This document shows positions 37,492 to 47,630 of a DNA stretch of 64,000 nt, piece by piece. The stretch is from Phycisphaerae bacterium. Its GTDB lineage: Bacteria; Planctomycetota; Phycisphaerae; UBA1845; Fen-1342. Each line of letters begins with the position of its first letter. Within the stretch, counting starts at the first letter, position 1. The position numbers and the translations under genes were made by a program. The stretch lies in NCBI GenBank assembly GCA_963675745.2, contig CAXXWX010000005.1:1-64000 (forward strand), in the 5' to 3' direction. The notes under the pieces were generated by a model. That model searched no databases. It had not been told where the DNA came from and saw nothing but the letters and a program-made list of their open reading frames with translations.

Positions 37492-38532
37492 TTACCCCTT
37501 GTCTGAGCCAAGATATGACCGGTCGATTCCCAGTAGCACCTTCAGCGATGTCGCCACGATGCCCAGCGCAATCCCGATCATGATCGCGCGGTTGCCGGCC
37601 GTGTTGAATGTGAGCATGATCCAGTCCGCCAGATTCTCGATGCGGAAAAACGACAGGAAACCTGTCTTCGGCAGGGGATACGTGATGGCCGCGCCGGCAG
37701 CCGTCCGCCCCAGCAGAATGATGAACGCCGTGCCCAGCAGCATCACTGACTCGGCGTTGCGCGCCCGGAATGCACGGAACGCCGCCGACGCCACGTAGAA
37801 CGCCAGCATGGCGAACATCGTTGCCTGCAACGGGCGATAGACGCTGGAATAGATAAACCAGAACGCCGACCCGTCGTAGATATGATCGCCGGTCATCCAG
37901 CCATAAGGCTGCAATTCAGCCGACAGTGAGCCGATTTTGACGCTGATCGGCTCGTACACGGGCACGTCCGCCGGGTCCTGCCCCGGCCGGGCGATGACCT
38001 CGGGAATGTAATACTCCGCGAGGAAGGCGTTTTCGGGCTGTTCATCATCGCTCGCCCACGCCAACGTCATGTCGGCGTTGCCTTTCGCGTCCGTCTCGAT
38101 TTCGGCACGCCGCACACCGGCGATTTCGATCGGCAGCGTCGCGTCTGCTTCCGCCCCGCGCAGGCTGATGGTCAACTCGCGCGCTTCCGATGTTCCATCA
38201 AACGTGATGAGCGCGATTTGCCTGTCCTGTTGCGGGATGGCGTGCAATCCGGTCTGTGGCGGCACACCTACTTTGCCGATACCGACGATCAACGTCACCG
38301 CAAAGGCCGTCACGGTGACGGCGCTATAGCCCCAGCCCTCGGTCTTCTTGTAGATCTTCTCACCGTGCGAGCGGAGCAGGTTTCCGCCGCCGAGGATGAA
38401 GGCGAAGGCTGCGATGATGTCGAAGTAGACCGCGGTTTCTTCCGACAGCTTTCGGATGTTCGGGATGAACGCCGAGAGTATCAGAATGAAGCCGACAGCC
38501 GCCGTGATTAGCAGAGGTACGTTTCTTTTCAC
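37492..38532 (-). CDS. Uncharacterised multi-pass membrane protein (gene 2 of cluster)
   Basis: ATMFAMLAFYVASAAFRAFRAR, AGNRAIMIGIALG; AGGAG RBS. Confidence 0.85.
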   Translation of the reverse strand: MKRNVPLLITAAVGFILILSAFIPNIRKLSEETAVYFDIIAAFAFILGGGNLLRSHGEKIYKKTEGWGYSAVTVTAFAVTLIVGIGKVGVPPQTGLHAIPQQDRQIALITFDGTSEARELTISLRGAEADATLPIEIAGVRRAEIETDAKGNADMTLAWASDDEQPENAFLAEYYIPEVIARPGQDPADVPVYEPISVKIGSLSAELQPYGWMTGDHIYDGSAFWFIYSSVYRPLQATMFAMLAFYVASAAFRAFRARNAESVMLLGTAFIILLGRTAAGAAITYPLPKTGFLSFFRIENLADWIMLTFNTAGNRAIMIGIALGIVATSLKVLLGIDRSYLGSDKG

Positions 38533-38551
38533 GTCAGTGCGCTCCTGGTCG

Positions 38552-40090
38552 TCACTCGGCCACTTCGAGCAGGTTGTTGCGGACAAAATCGAGCACAGCG
38601 CCCACCCAGCTATACTTGGCCTCCCCCAGCATCACCATCGTCGAGAGCAAGACGCCGACCACAATGAACAGCGCGACGATGATCTTGCCAATGTCCTGGC
38701 CCTTCAGGCTGCCGAGCTGGTGGGGTTCGCCGGACAGGTAAGCCGACGCCGCGAAGAACTCCTCGCCGATCAGCGTATAGTCACACGCCGCGACAAAGAA
38801 CGGGAGCTGTGCGGGCATGGCCGTGCCGGCGATCTGAATGGCACCGGTTTCGTTGGCGGTCTCGGCCAGAATCAGCGACTCGGCGTAAAAGGCCCCCATG
38901 TAGAAGCAGGTGGCCGGCCGCTTGCGGACCATGGCCCCCGTCACCGCCGCCACGTAGCCAAACTGCTCGTCCGTAGTGTAGTAGATCTGCTTGTCGCTAT
39001 ATGCGTCGGGACGGCCCGCGTTGTCATAGCTGGTCTTGACGATCTCACGCGCCGTCGTCATCACAAGTGAGCGGCTCGTGGGCACCTCCAGCATCGCGTC
39101 GTGCTCCGCCGCCGTCTTGGCGACCCGGCCGAGGATGATCAGGCCGGCGATCGTCTGGATGTCGGTGATGTCCTGGATGCCCGGCACGAACATGATCGGC
39201 CGGCCCATCTCAGTGGCGCGCCCGACGGCCTCATCGACGGCTTCCAGACCCGCGATCTTGCGGATGTAGATGTCCTTGCCGCTTCTGACCTGCTCGATGT
39301 AGAAAACCACCGCCCCGCAGATCACCAGCATGAAAACAAAGAACGGGATTTTGCGCGAGTGGAACCAGCCGCCGCGCGTCTGCGTCACGTTGGTTGTCAA
39401 CGTGGCCAACGGCCCGGCATCCGCCGGCGTCTCGCCATCCGCGGCCGGCAGCACCGTGACCCGATACCGGTAGCGCTTGCCGATGCGGAGGTTTTTGTCA
39501 TCCTCCAATCGGCGGTCGGCGGCGGGCGCCACGGCCAGCGTCTCCCACTCGCCGGCCTCTTCGTCAGCCTCGCCCATGACCTGCTGCCGTTCGACCTTGT
39601 ACGACCCGGCCCGCTGATCCTGTTTCCACACCACAATCAGCTTGAGTCCGTCATCATCGGGATAGTCGAACGCGGCGGCCCGCGGTACGACCATCAGCAA
39701 CCGGCTTTGAATGGTATCAAGCGCTGACGCCACGTCCCCTTCAGCCAACCCGAACTCTGTGTCATCGAGCCGGTGGTCGGGATAATCAAAATTGTGCAGC
39801 GCGTCATAGGTGTCCTGCCAGACGTCATCCGGCAGGTCGGCATCAGCCTCCTGCAACAGGCCGCGCGCCGAGCGCAGGGCAAGAAACATGCGATCGCGAT
39901 CCGCCAGGCTTTCGTATACATCCCAGACGTCGCGAATCTTGCCCTCATCCTCGAAGACCCGGGCGCTTGCCCCGGCAGCCATGCGCACGTCCGTTGCGTC
40001 CGGAGCCTCCTCCTGGGCCGCTGCCAGCAGCGGTATGGTCAGCATCACCGCGCAGCCGGCCAGCAGCCGGCACTTTCGTCTCCAGGTCAT
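38552..40090 (-). CDS. Fibronectin-III-like plus DUF6754-like membrane protein (gene 1 of cluster)
   Basis: Signal peptide, FN3-like W..Y.V.R..YRYRV; IAGLEAVDEAVGRATEMGRP, LPFFVAACDYTLIGEE; family name is from recall. Confidence 0.75.
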   Translation of the reverse strand: MTWRRKCRLLAGCAVMLTIPLLAAAQEEAPDATDVRMAAGASARVFEDEGKIRDVWDVYESLADRDRMFLALRSARGLLQEADADLPDDVWQDTYDALHNFDYPDHRLDDTEFGLAEGDVASALDTIQSRLLMVVPRAAAFDYPDDDGLKLIVVWKQDQRAGSYKVERQQVMGEADEEAGEWETLAVAPAADRRLEDDKNLRIGKRYRYRVTVLPAADGETPADAGPLATLTTNVTQTRGGWFHSRKIPFFVFMLVICGAVVFYIEQVRSGKDIYIRKIAGLEAVDEAVGRATEMGRPIMFVPGIQDITDIQTIAGLIILGRVAKTAAEHDAMLEVPTSRSLVMTTAREIVKTSYDNAGRPDAYSDKQIYYTTDEQFGYVAAVTGAMVRKRPATCFYMGAFYAESLILAETANETGAIQIAGTAMPAQLPFFVAACDYTLIGEEFFAASAYLSGEPHQLGSLKGQDIGKIIVALFIVVGVLLSTMVMLGEAKYSWVGAVLDFVRNNLLEVAE

Positions 40091-40150
40091 TTCGCTTCCT
40101 CGAAGAGGCTGCGCCTTGGGCCCGCGCCTACCATGTTCGCGCACCGTTCG

Positions 40151-40603
40151 TCAGCTTTCGCGCTCCTCAGCAGTGGACACGCCACCCGACGTTTCCCGCT
40201 GCCCGCGCACCTTGGGTTCGTCCGCAAGCTCCTCGATCCGGCGGCAAAGCGTCTCGATGCTGCCGCGTTTCTCGAGAAACCCAGTCAGTGTCTTATACTG
40301 TTCGGGGTCGAATACAAGCCGGGCCAGCGGGGCGATGAACACCAGAAACTGGCTGGCCACGTAATTGAGTGGGCGACTGCACTCCAGGAACATCAGCGCC
40401 GGCGGCGCCATGCCGCGCCGGACGACAGCCTCCGCCAGCCGGTCCACCAGCAGTTGCTCAGATTCGGTCGGTTTGACGGGCCCGGGGGGATCGACCGCGA
40501 ACGCGTGCTTGAGCCGGCCCAGCAGGCTCCCGTCGCGCTGAGCCTCGACACTGCCGCGAGATGCCGCGCTGCCCGGTCTTGTGGTCGTTGGCGAATCGTC
40601 CAT
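40151..40603 (-). CDS. Hypothetical protein
   Basis: VVRRGM..PALMFLE..RPLNY; co-oriented upstream of the cluster. Confidence 0.7.
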   Translation of the reverse strand: MDDSPTTTRPGSAASRGSVEAQRDGSLLGRLKHAFAVDPPGPVKPTESEQLLVDRLAEAVVRRGMAPPALMFLECSRPLNYVASQFLVFIAPLARLVFDPEQYKTLTGFLEKRGSIETLCRRIEELADEPKVRGQRETSGGVSTAEERES

Positions 40604-40746
40604 TACCGCCCGCTGTCACTTCAAACCCCCGGGTCAATTTCTCAACCAGAACGCGGAATGTTACCCGCAGCGCCGAGGCCTGTCACGTGTCGAGGCGCGA
40701 GATTCTTCGTCCGGCGTGGCCGGCGATCCTTACACGTCTCTAACTT

Positions 40747-41235
40747 TCAGTCCGCCGCCTCTTCGGCGCGGGCAACCACGCCCTCCGGGAGACACTCGCG
40801 TATGCGGCGCAGGACGGCATCGCGCTGCCTGCCAAACAGAATGTGGATGCCGCGTCGCCCTTCGCGCCACGAACGCCGGCTCAACGGTGATAGCCAGGCT
40901 CCGCGCGAGCCAAAGGCGCACAGCCGCACCTCAGACCAGCTCAACCGCCGACTGCCAAAAAGCGTGTTGACCACTATCTGTTCGCGGCTTATCTCGTAGC
41001 CCGTCGCAAAAAAGAACCTGTGCAGTACCAGGCACAGCAACACCGCCGCACCGATTCCCGCCGCTCGTGCCTCCGCGAGCTGGCTCACCAGCACCGCCAG
41101 CGCGCCGATCACAATCAGAGCGGCCACGGTCGCCAGCGGACGCTCACGCGCCGGATGTGACTGCCAGCTAAGAATCGCCACATCGTCGGTCGAACCGGCG
41201 TCCTGCGATTGATCTGTCGGCGCTGCCCCGTTCAT
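40747..41235 (-). CDS. Small membrane protein (2 TMs plus a PH-like soluble domain)
   Basis: LSWQSHPARERP, two TMs, LSWSEVR, WLSPL. Confidence 0.65.
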   Translation of the reverse strand: MNGAAPTDQSQDAGSTDDVAILSWQSHPARERPLATVAALIVIGALAVLVSQLAEARAAGIGAAVLLCLVLHRFFFATGYEISREQIVVNTLFGSRRLSWSEVRLCAFGSRGAWLSPLSRRSWREGRRGIHILFGRQRDAVLRRIRECLPEGVVARAEEAAD

Positions 41236-41359
41236 GCCACACATCATAACGCAATGGGCCGTGTGTGGCCGCAGGCGCTGCGGCAAAGACCGTGTGGCAA
41301 CCAGATGCCGGGTCTTGCTTGAGTTGACCGCCTGCGACCACCTGTGCTAGCCTTACGGA

Positions 41360-42259
41360 ATGGAAAGCAACTCACAAGCCGCACGCGCGCACGCAAACCC
41401 GGAGTGGGTGCACAGTCTGAGACTGCTCCTGGCGATTGGCGTGGTCTGGGCTTTGCTACATTTCCTGGTAACCGGGTTGGTGTTGCCACGCGGGCTTGAC
41501 CGGCCGCCGGTCATCGCCGCCAGTGGCGGATTGGCCGCCCCCGCACTGGTCATCGCGCTCCTGCTCGGAACGACTATCGGTGTCTTCATCGCCGGACGCG
41601 CCAACGTACGTGGCGCACTGCTGGTCTCCATTCCGGCCCTGGTTATTTGGGCATCGTTCGGCGGCACGATGGACAAGTGGCTGACGATGTGCAACGTCGA
41701 GGCCGGCCCACCAGTTGGGGCGCCCTATTGGCCGTTGATGGCTGATTATCTGGTCTTGTTTATCGCGGTGGCGGGCGTGATAGCGATCGGCGCCGTGTCC
41801 GAACGCCGAGGCTCGATATCGCGCGTGCTGCGCCTGAAAGACGCGCGACGCGACCTGGCCGGCGGGCTCGCGACGCTGGCGCTCGTTGTTATCGTGGCCA
41901 CGGTGGTCATGGGCGTGCTGATGGGACCGGCGGTGAGCCAGACGCACCGCGGGCAAGTGTACTTCGCCGTGCTGGTGGCGTTTTTTGCAGGCGCGTTCAC
42001 AGCGCGCTCGGTTCTCGGACAACAACACCAGATCTGGTACTGGTTGGCGCCATTTGTCGTCGGTCTGGCCGGATTGATCGTGGCGGCAGCCTGGCCGGCC
42101 CTGATGATCCCGGACACATACCGCAAATTGAACCTGCTGCCAGCCTGGTGGCTGGCTCGACCTCTGCCGGTCGAGATGGTCGGCGTGGGCCTGCTTGCTA
42201 TTATCTGGTCAGTGGGCGGCCACACACCGCGCGACCAGCACCGATCCGCGCGTGATTGA
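41360..42259 (+). CDS. Hypothetical multi-pass membrane protein
   Basis: About 8 hydrophobic segments. Confidence 0.7.
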   Translation: MESNSQAARAHANPEWVHSLRLLLAIGVVWALLHFLVTGLVLPRGLDRPPVIAASGGLAAPALVIALLLGTTIGVFIAGRANVRGALLVSIPALVIWASFGGTMDKWLTMCNVEAGPPVGAPYWPLMADYLVLFIAVAGVIAIGAVSERRGSISRVLRLKDARRDLAGGLATLALVVIVATVVMGVLMGPAVSQTHRGQVYFAVLVAFFAGAFTARSVLGQQHQIWYWLAPFVVGLAGLIVAAAWPALMIPDTYRKLNLLPAWWLARPLPVEMVGVGLLAIIWSVGGHTPRDQHRSARD

Positions 42260-42345
42260 GTATCGCTCCGCCAGACAGCGCCGGCGCCGGCGCCGGTCAC
42301 CAGTTTCCCGCGGGCTCCAGGGGGCACGGATTCCGGAGCGGCACA

Positions 42346-42546
42346 ATGTCCAGGCGCCGACCGCCCGACAAAGACGAAACCAGAGAGGAGATGCAGCGGC
42401 GCCTGGTCGCCGAAACGTCCGTTTATCTGACCGAGTGCCTCAGGCACCCCGAGCTGGCGACACGCATCCCCATCATCCAGGCCGGGACCGGTCATTTCCC
42501 ACCGTCACTCACTCCGGCCTTCTGGAATGCGATCCTGTACGAGTAG
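42346..42546 (+). CDS. Small hypothetical protein
   Basis: GGAG before ATG 42346 within ORF 42256..42546; fills the gap in a co-oriented run. Confidence 0.45.
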   Translation: MSRRRPPDKDETREEMQRRLVAETSVYLTECLRHPELATRIPIIQAGTGHFPPSLTPAFWNAILYE

Positions 42547-42591
42547 GCCACGCCGCGACATTGCCGCGACGCGGTATGATATGAACGGCCC

Positions 42592-43950
42592 ATGCGGATA
42601 CTTGCGATACAGTTTGCCTCCAGCGTGACCGGTCGTCCGGTTCCGCGTTTTGACGCGCACCTCGGCACGTTGCTGGCGCTGCTCGGCAGTCGTGGGCACG
42701 AGATCGCGCTTCTCGGCCTGGCGCGTTTCGACATACCGCTGATCAAGGCCGCCATGGCCCGCAGCTTGCCGCAGTTGATCTATGCGGATATCAGCGGCGT
42801 GTGCGTTGATCTGGCCCGGCGGACATTCGAGCACATCCGCCAGCATGAATCGCTGTCGATTGTCGCCGGCGGCGTGTATCCAACCGTGGACCCCGCCGGA
42901 AGCCTGAGCCTGCCGGGTGTACAAGCCGTCGCCATCGGCGAGCCCGACGCCAGCCTGGTTACATATCTCGAACGCATGAAGGACCCCGCGATTGCTCAGG
43001 TGGTCCTCGGCGTGTGGTTGCGGGACGAGCGCGGCGTGGCACTGCCCAAGATGCCGTCGCTGGTCGAGGATCTCGACTCACTGCCCCACCCCGAGCGCGA
43101 CCTGTTTGGCTATGCGGCGCATGTGCAACGCACCAACGAGATCGAGATCGCCACGGGACGGGGCTGCCCGCAACGCTGCGCCTACTGCGTCAATGAACAC
43201 TTCCGCAGCCGCTACAGCGACGACGATGAGTGGGTGCGACACCGTTCACCAGATGACATACTCGACGAGATCGACCAGCTCAGGGCGCGGTGCCAGCCGG
43301 TGCGCCTGGTGCGCTTCCTCGACCATGCCTTCGCTCTCGATACCGAATGGCTCGACGCCTTTCTGGATCGCTACGTATTCCGCTGCGCCTTGCCGTTCCG
43401 TTGTCACTTGCGGCTCAACCGGGCGACCGAGGATATCATTGGCATGCTCGACAGCGCGGGTTGCCATCTGGTGGACGTCGAGCTGATCAGCGGCAGCGAT
43501 TTCATCCGCAACGAGATCTTCCACATGGATCTGTCGGCCGAGCAGATAGAGGCGGCTTTTGCGCGTCTGCACCGCACGAACATCCGCACACGCGCGATCG
43601 TGTATCTCGGCGCGCCGTATGAAAGCGAAGCGTCGCTCGCCGACACACGCACACTGCTGCGTCATCTGAAACCCACAGTCGTTGACGCCCGGCCCTATTA
43701 CCCGTTTCCCGGCACGCTTGCCGCAGAAACCTGTAGCGAAAACGGCTGGGTCCATGCGCGCGGCGTGGACCAGTATCACAGTGATCGCAACGGCATCGAC
43801 ATGCCCGCGTGCCGCCCCGACCTGGTCGCCGCCCAGATCCGCCGGCTGCGCGCCGAATTCCCCGGCGCGCTCGATGAGCCGTGGTGGCGCCGCTGGTCCC
43901 AGGCCTCACGCGTCGCGCTGGGGCAGCTATTCGACAAGCGGCGAGCCTGA
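42592..43950 (+). CDS. Cobalamin-binding-domain (class B-like) radical SAM protein, divergent
   Basis: IVAGGVYPT, LDSLPHPERDL, GRGCPQRCAYC, YYPFPGT. Confidence 0.85.
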   Translation: MRILAIQFASSVTGRPVPRFDAHLGTLLALLGSRGHEIALLGLARFDIPLIKAAMARSLPQLIYADISGVCVDLARRTFEHIRQHESLSIVAGGVYPTVDPAGSLSLPGVQAVAIGEPDASLVTYLERMKDPAIAQVVLGVWLRDERGVALPKMPSLVEDLDSLPHPERDLFGYAAHVQRTNEIEIATGRGCPQRCAYCVNEHFRSRYSDDDEWVRHRSPDDILDEIDQLRARCQPVRLVRFLDHAFALDTEWLDAFLDRYVFRCALPFRCHLRLNRATEDIIGMLDSAGCHLVDVELISGSDFIRNEIFHMDLSAEQIEAAFARLHRTNIRTRAIVYLGAPYESEASLADTRTLLRHLKPTVVDARPYYPFPGTLAAETCSENGWVHARGVDQYHSDRNGIDMPACRPDLVAAQIRRLRAEFPGALDEPWWRRWSQASRVALGQLFDKRRA

Positions 43951-43989
43951 TTCACCACTTTGGCCCCCGCCGATCATCGCACTTCGAGC

Positions 43990-44763
43990 CTACTCGCTTC
44001 GGCAGTACGGGCACCATCGCTCCCAACCCAGCAGCGTGCCGATACCCGCCGCGGTCACGCCGAAGATCAGGTAGGCCCTGCCGTACTTCTGAATCCAGCT
44101 CCAGATTCGATCGAACGTGCCGTTAACCAGCGTTGTGCCCGTGACGATGATCACGCTGGATTGGCGAACCAGTTCCTCCGTCTGTGTCTTCCCGTCCCAG
44201 ACCGTCACGCCGAATCTGCTGGCTCCGACGTTCTTCTGGTTCAGATCGGTGATGCGTACGTTCTCTGAACCCAGCGCGCCGACGAGCGCCTCGGCGATCG
44301 CCGGATTCAATCCGATGAGCCCGGCGGTGGCTCGCGACCATCTCTCGCTGACGTGGCCGGCAAGTTCCGTCGCGCATTTCTCCGGATCGTCGTCCCGGCA
44401 GTGCAGGCTGGCTTCGAGCGTCCCGAGCGACCGCAGCGTGGCGTTGAGCGCGGCGATGAAGATAGCGCGATCCTGATTCGATGTGAGCGGCAACGCCATC
44501 ACGTCGCGCAGCGTGCCGCCGAAAGCGCGCGGCGAGTCGGTGAAGGCGTGGCCCTTGGCGCCGTTGACCATGGCCTCGACCAGCCGCTCCTTGCCTTCGA
44601 TGATGGGGAAGTCGCGCCGCGTGGGGTTTCCGATCGCCTCCTCGGCACTCAGTGCCGATACGGCGACCGCGACGTCGGCGTCCAGCAGTACGTTCTCTTC
44701 AACGATCCGCGCAAACTTGAGCTTGGCCGCTGCCAGCGCACAAGTCGAATTCTCCACGCTCAT
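43990..44763 (-). CDS. DUF364-like Rossmann-domain protein
   Basis: IIVTGTTLVNGT, FGVTAAG, WCP; ATGA-coupled to the upstream TauE gene. Confidence 0.7.
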   Translation of the reverse strand: MSVENSTCALAAAKLKFARIVEENVLLDADVAVAVSALSAEEAIGNPTRRDFPIIEGKERLVEAMVNGAKGHAFTDSPRAFGGTLRDVMALPLTSNQDRAIFIAALNATLRSLGTLEASLHCRDDDPEKCATELAGHVSERWSRATAGLIGLNPAIAEALVGALGSENVRITDLNQKNVGASRFGVTVWDGKTQTEELVRQSSVIIVTGTTLVNGTFDRIWSWIQKYGRAYLIFGVTAAGIGTLLGWERWCPYCRSE

Positions 44764-45551
44764 ATTCCAACTCCAAAAAACGACAGTAAGAACTTCATCG
44801 AGACATAAGCAAAGACGGCGCCGAACACAACTTTCAATCCGGCCGACGGAGACTTGCGGTTCAACGTTGCCCCCAGGTATGCCCCCGCCAGCGTCCCGAT
44901 GCAAGCCGGACCGGCGATGGCCAGGTCAACATAGCCCTGAGCGTACTTGAACGCCGCGCTGATCAGCGCATTAGCGGCGAAGCAGGTCAGGGAGCAGCCG
45001 ATGGCGATCTTGATCGGCGTCCGTAAGACCAGCGCGAACGCCGGCACCATGATCCCGCCTGTGCCAATGCCCAGCAGCCCGGGCAGCACGCCGCCGGCCG
45101 TGCCGATCGCCAGCTTGTAACCAAGTAACCCGCGCATCTGGCTTGCACCGGCCGGTGGGGCCGCCCGGCCGCCGCGAGACTCGCAAAGCCCCTCGATGAC
45201 CATGCGTACCGAGATCATCGTGAACACCAGCCCTGTTCCGAGATCCAGCCATCTACCGCGTTGGGCGATCCACAGAAAAGCGAACGAGAAGATGGTCGTG
45301 GCAACGACGCCGGCAATGATCACCGGAAAAATCAAGCGGATATCGACATGTCCAAGCCGGTGATGCCGAAAGCTCCCGGAAACTGTCGTGCAGAACACGG
45401 CCGCGGCACACGTGCCGGCCGCATACGCCGGGGACATACCGACACCGAAGCGGAGAAAGGGGATCAGAACGATTCCACCGCCGATGCCGAGCAGGCCGCC
45501 GAGCGTGCCGGCTACCAACCCAATAACCAGAACTCCCAGCGTCTCAGCCAA
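44760..45551 (-). CDS. Sulfite exporter TauE/SafE-family protein
   Basis: GLLGIGGG..IP and GLLGIGTGGIMVP repeats, about 8 TMs. Confidence 0.9.
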   Translation of the reverse strand: MAETLGVLVIGLVAGTLGGLLGIGGGIVLIPFLRFGVGMSPAYAAGTCAAAVFCTTVSGSFRHHRLGHVDIRLIFPVIIAGVVATTIFSFAFLWIAQRGRWLDLGTGLVFTMISVRMVIEGLCESRGGRAAPPAGASQMRGLLGYKLAIGTAGGVLPGLLGIGTGGIMVPAFALVLRTPIKIAIGCSLTCFAANALISAAFKYAQGYVDLAIAGPACIGTLAGAYLGATLNRKSPSAGLKVVFGAVFAYVSMKFLLSFFGVGI

Positions 45552-45803
45552 CTGTCATACCTGGACTTCCCTGATTCCGCTCCCGGTGGTGCGGGCACGA
45601 TGCGTTCCCCGCGGGCGCCGTGCAGCGGCTCAATATACTTCAGCGTACGTTATCCCGATCCGACAAGTGTACCAAACCGTGTTTCAGCTTCCCCCAGGTC
45701 ATGAGGACCATTCGACCACGACCAGCTTGGTCAAGCGTGGCGGCCGGCGTTACAATCCGCTCTGCTGTTCGCTTCCGTTTCACGCGGCCATGAGGTCCCA
45801 TGC

Positions 45804-47063
45804 ATGAACGTGATGGTTGTCGGCTCTGGCGGACGTGAGCATGCGCTGTGCCACGCACTCGCGCGCTCGCGGCTGCTCGACAAGCTCTTCATCTTGCCCG
45901 GAAACGCCGGGACCGCGGAGCTCGGCACTAATGTGCCTGGCGATGCCACGGATATCAAGCTGGCCGTCGAAGTGGCGCGGCGCGAGCAAATCGACCTGAC
46001 CATCATCGGTCCGGAAGCACCACTCGCGGCTGGCATCACCGACGCCTTTGCCGAGGCCGGTCTGCGCGTCTTCGGCCCAACGGCCGCCGCGGCGCGCCTC
46101 GAGGCCGACAAGGCCTTTGCCAAACAACTCATGCGCCAGCACGCCATTCCGACCGCCGAGGCGCGCGTCTTTGATGATTTCAGGCACGCCAGGGAATACA
46201 TCGCCACGCGCGACGACGCGCTGGTGGTGAAAGCCACGGGGTTGGCCCAGGGTAAGGGGGTCGTTGTCTGCGAAGACCCCGCCGACGGCATCAATGTCGC
46301 CGAGCAGATGCTCGTGAGCGGCAGGTTCGGCGAGGCCGGCCGGCAGATCATTGTCGAGGAACGCCTCGAAGGCCCGGAGGTATCGCTGCTGGCCATCGTT
46401 GACGGTCGCACGGCGTACATTCTCGAACCGGCCAAGGATCACAAACGCCTAGAAGATAATGACGAAGGCCCCAACACGGGTGGCATGGGAGCTTGTAGTC
46501 CAGCGGCTTCGCTTAACGCGGACACCTTGCACCAGATCGAGCAACGTGTCTTTGTGCCGGTGCTCGATGCGCTCGTGCGCCGGGAGATTCACTACCGTGG
46601 CGTGTTGTACGCCGGCTTGATGCTCACGCACGCCGGCCCGAAAGTGCTGGAGTTTAACTGCCGGTTCGGTGACCCTGAGATTCAGGCGGTGCTGCCACGG
46701 ATGCGCTCGGACCTGCTCGAAGTGCTTGATCTGGTCACACGCGGCAAGCTCGACCAGGCTGATATCCAATGGGATCCACGCCACGCGTTGTGCGTCGTGA
46801 TGGCGTCGGGCGGGTACCCCGGATCATATTCAACGGGCCTGCCGATCGCCGGATTGCCCGATACGCGCGACCGCGATGACCTCATCGTCTATCACGCCGG
46901 CACCCGGCGCTCTGGCGGTCAGCTACTGACTGACGGCGGCCGTGTGCTCGGCGTAACGGCGCTGGCGGATACACTCGCCGCCGCGCGCGCCAAAGCCTAT
47001 GAGACCGTTGACGGGATCAGTTTCGACGGCGCGTGTTACCGCCGCGACCTCGGATTGTCCTGA
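45804..47063 (+). CDS. purD: Phosphoribosylamine--glycine ligase
   Basis: GSGGREHAL, GPNTGGMG, LEFNCRFGDPE, GGRVL. Confidence 0.98.
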   Translation: MNVMVVGSGGREHALCHALARSRLLDKLFILPGNAGTAELGTNVPGDATDIKLAVEVARREQIDLTIIGPEAPLAAGITDAFAEAGLRVFGPTAAAARLEADKAFAKQLMRQHAIPTAEARVFDDFRHAREYIATRDDALVVKATGLAQGKGVVVCEDPADGINVAEQMLVSGRFGEAGRQIIVEERLEGPEVSLLAIVDGRTAYILEPAKDHKRLEDNDEGPNTGGMGACSPAASLNADTLHQIEQRVFVPVLDALVRREIHYRGVLYAGLMLTHAGPKVLEFNCRFGDPEIQAVLPRMRSDLLEVLDLVTRGKLDQADIQWDPRHALCVVMASGGYPGSYSTGLPIAGLPDTRDRDDLIVYHAGTRRSGGQLLTDGGRVLGVTALADTLAAARAKAYETVDGISFDGACYRRDLGLS

Positions 47064-47098
47064 CGCGTTCAGTGCCGGGCACCACAGGAGGCGTACTC

Positions 47099-47494
47099 AT
47101 GCTCGAACCGGGCGACATTCACATCTACGTAACCGACGTAGCCCGCGCCGTACGCTTCTGGGCCGACGGCATGCAGCTCGAAATCGCCGAGAAAGAGATT
47201 ACCGCGCACAGCGGCTTTGCGCGTCTGGATTTCCCCGGCGGGTTGATGTCACTGCATCTGGTCGGCCCCGTGGATCCCTGGATCGCCGACCAGCGGCCCG
47301 AGCACGGTACGCGCCCGTCCATCAGCTTTGATGTGGCGACGGACGACTTCGATGCGACGCTTGTCCGTCTGATCGAGAACGGCGGCACACAGCTCGGCGA
47401 AATCGAGACATACAACGCGCTGCGCGTCGTATCCATCGCCGACCCGGACGGCAATATCTTCGAGCTGCTCGAAATACCGCCCGACGAAGAGTAG
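47099..47494 (+). CDS. VOC/glyoxalase-family protein
   Basis: HIYVTDVARAVRFW, DPDGNIFEL; AGGAGG RBS. Confidence 0.88.
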   Translation: MLEPGDIHIYVTDVARAVRFWADGMQLEIAEKEITAHSGFARLDFPGGLMSLHLVGPVDPWIADQRPEHGTRPSISFDVATDDFDATLVRLIENGGTQLGEIETYNALRVVSIADPDGNIFELLEIPPDEE

Positions 47495-47630
47495 TCGGCG
47501 CATCATGAGCCCGCTGGCGCGGTTTCAGAGTGGCGCCAATCTGCGAGGCGCCTCCTCGATCATGTGACACACGCCCGGCGCGTTGCTACACTCTCGGCAT
47601 TCCACATCATGCTCGCTGGAGTTGGGCCAC

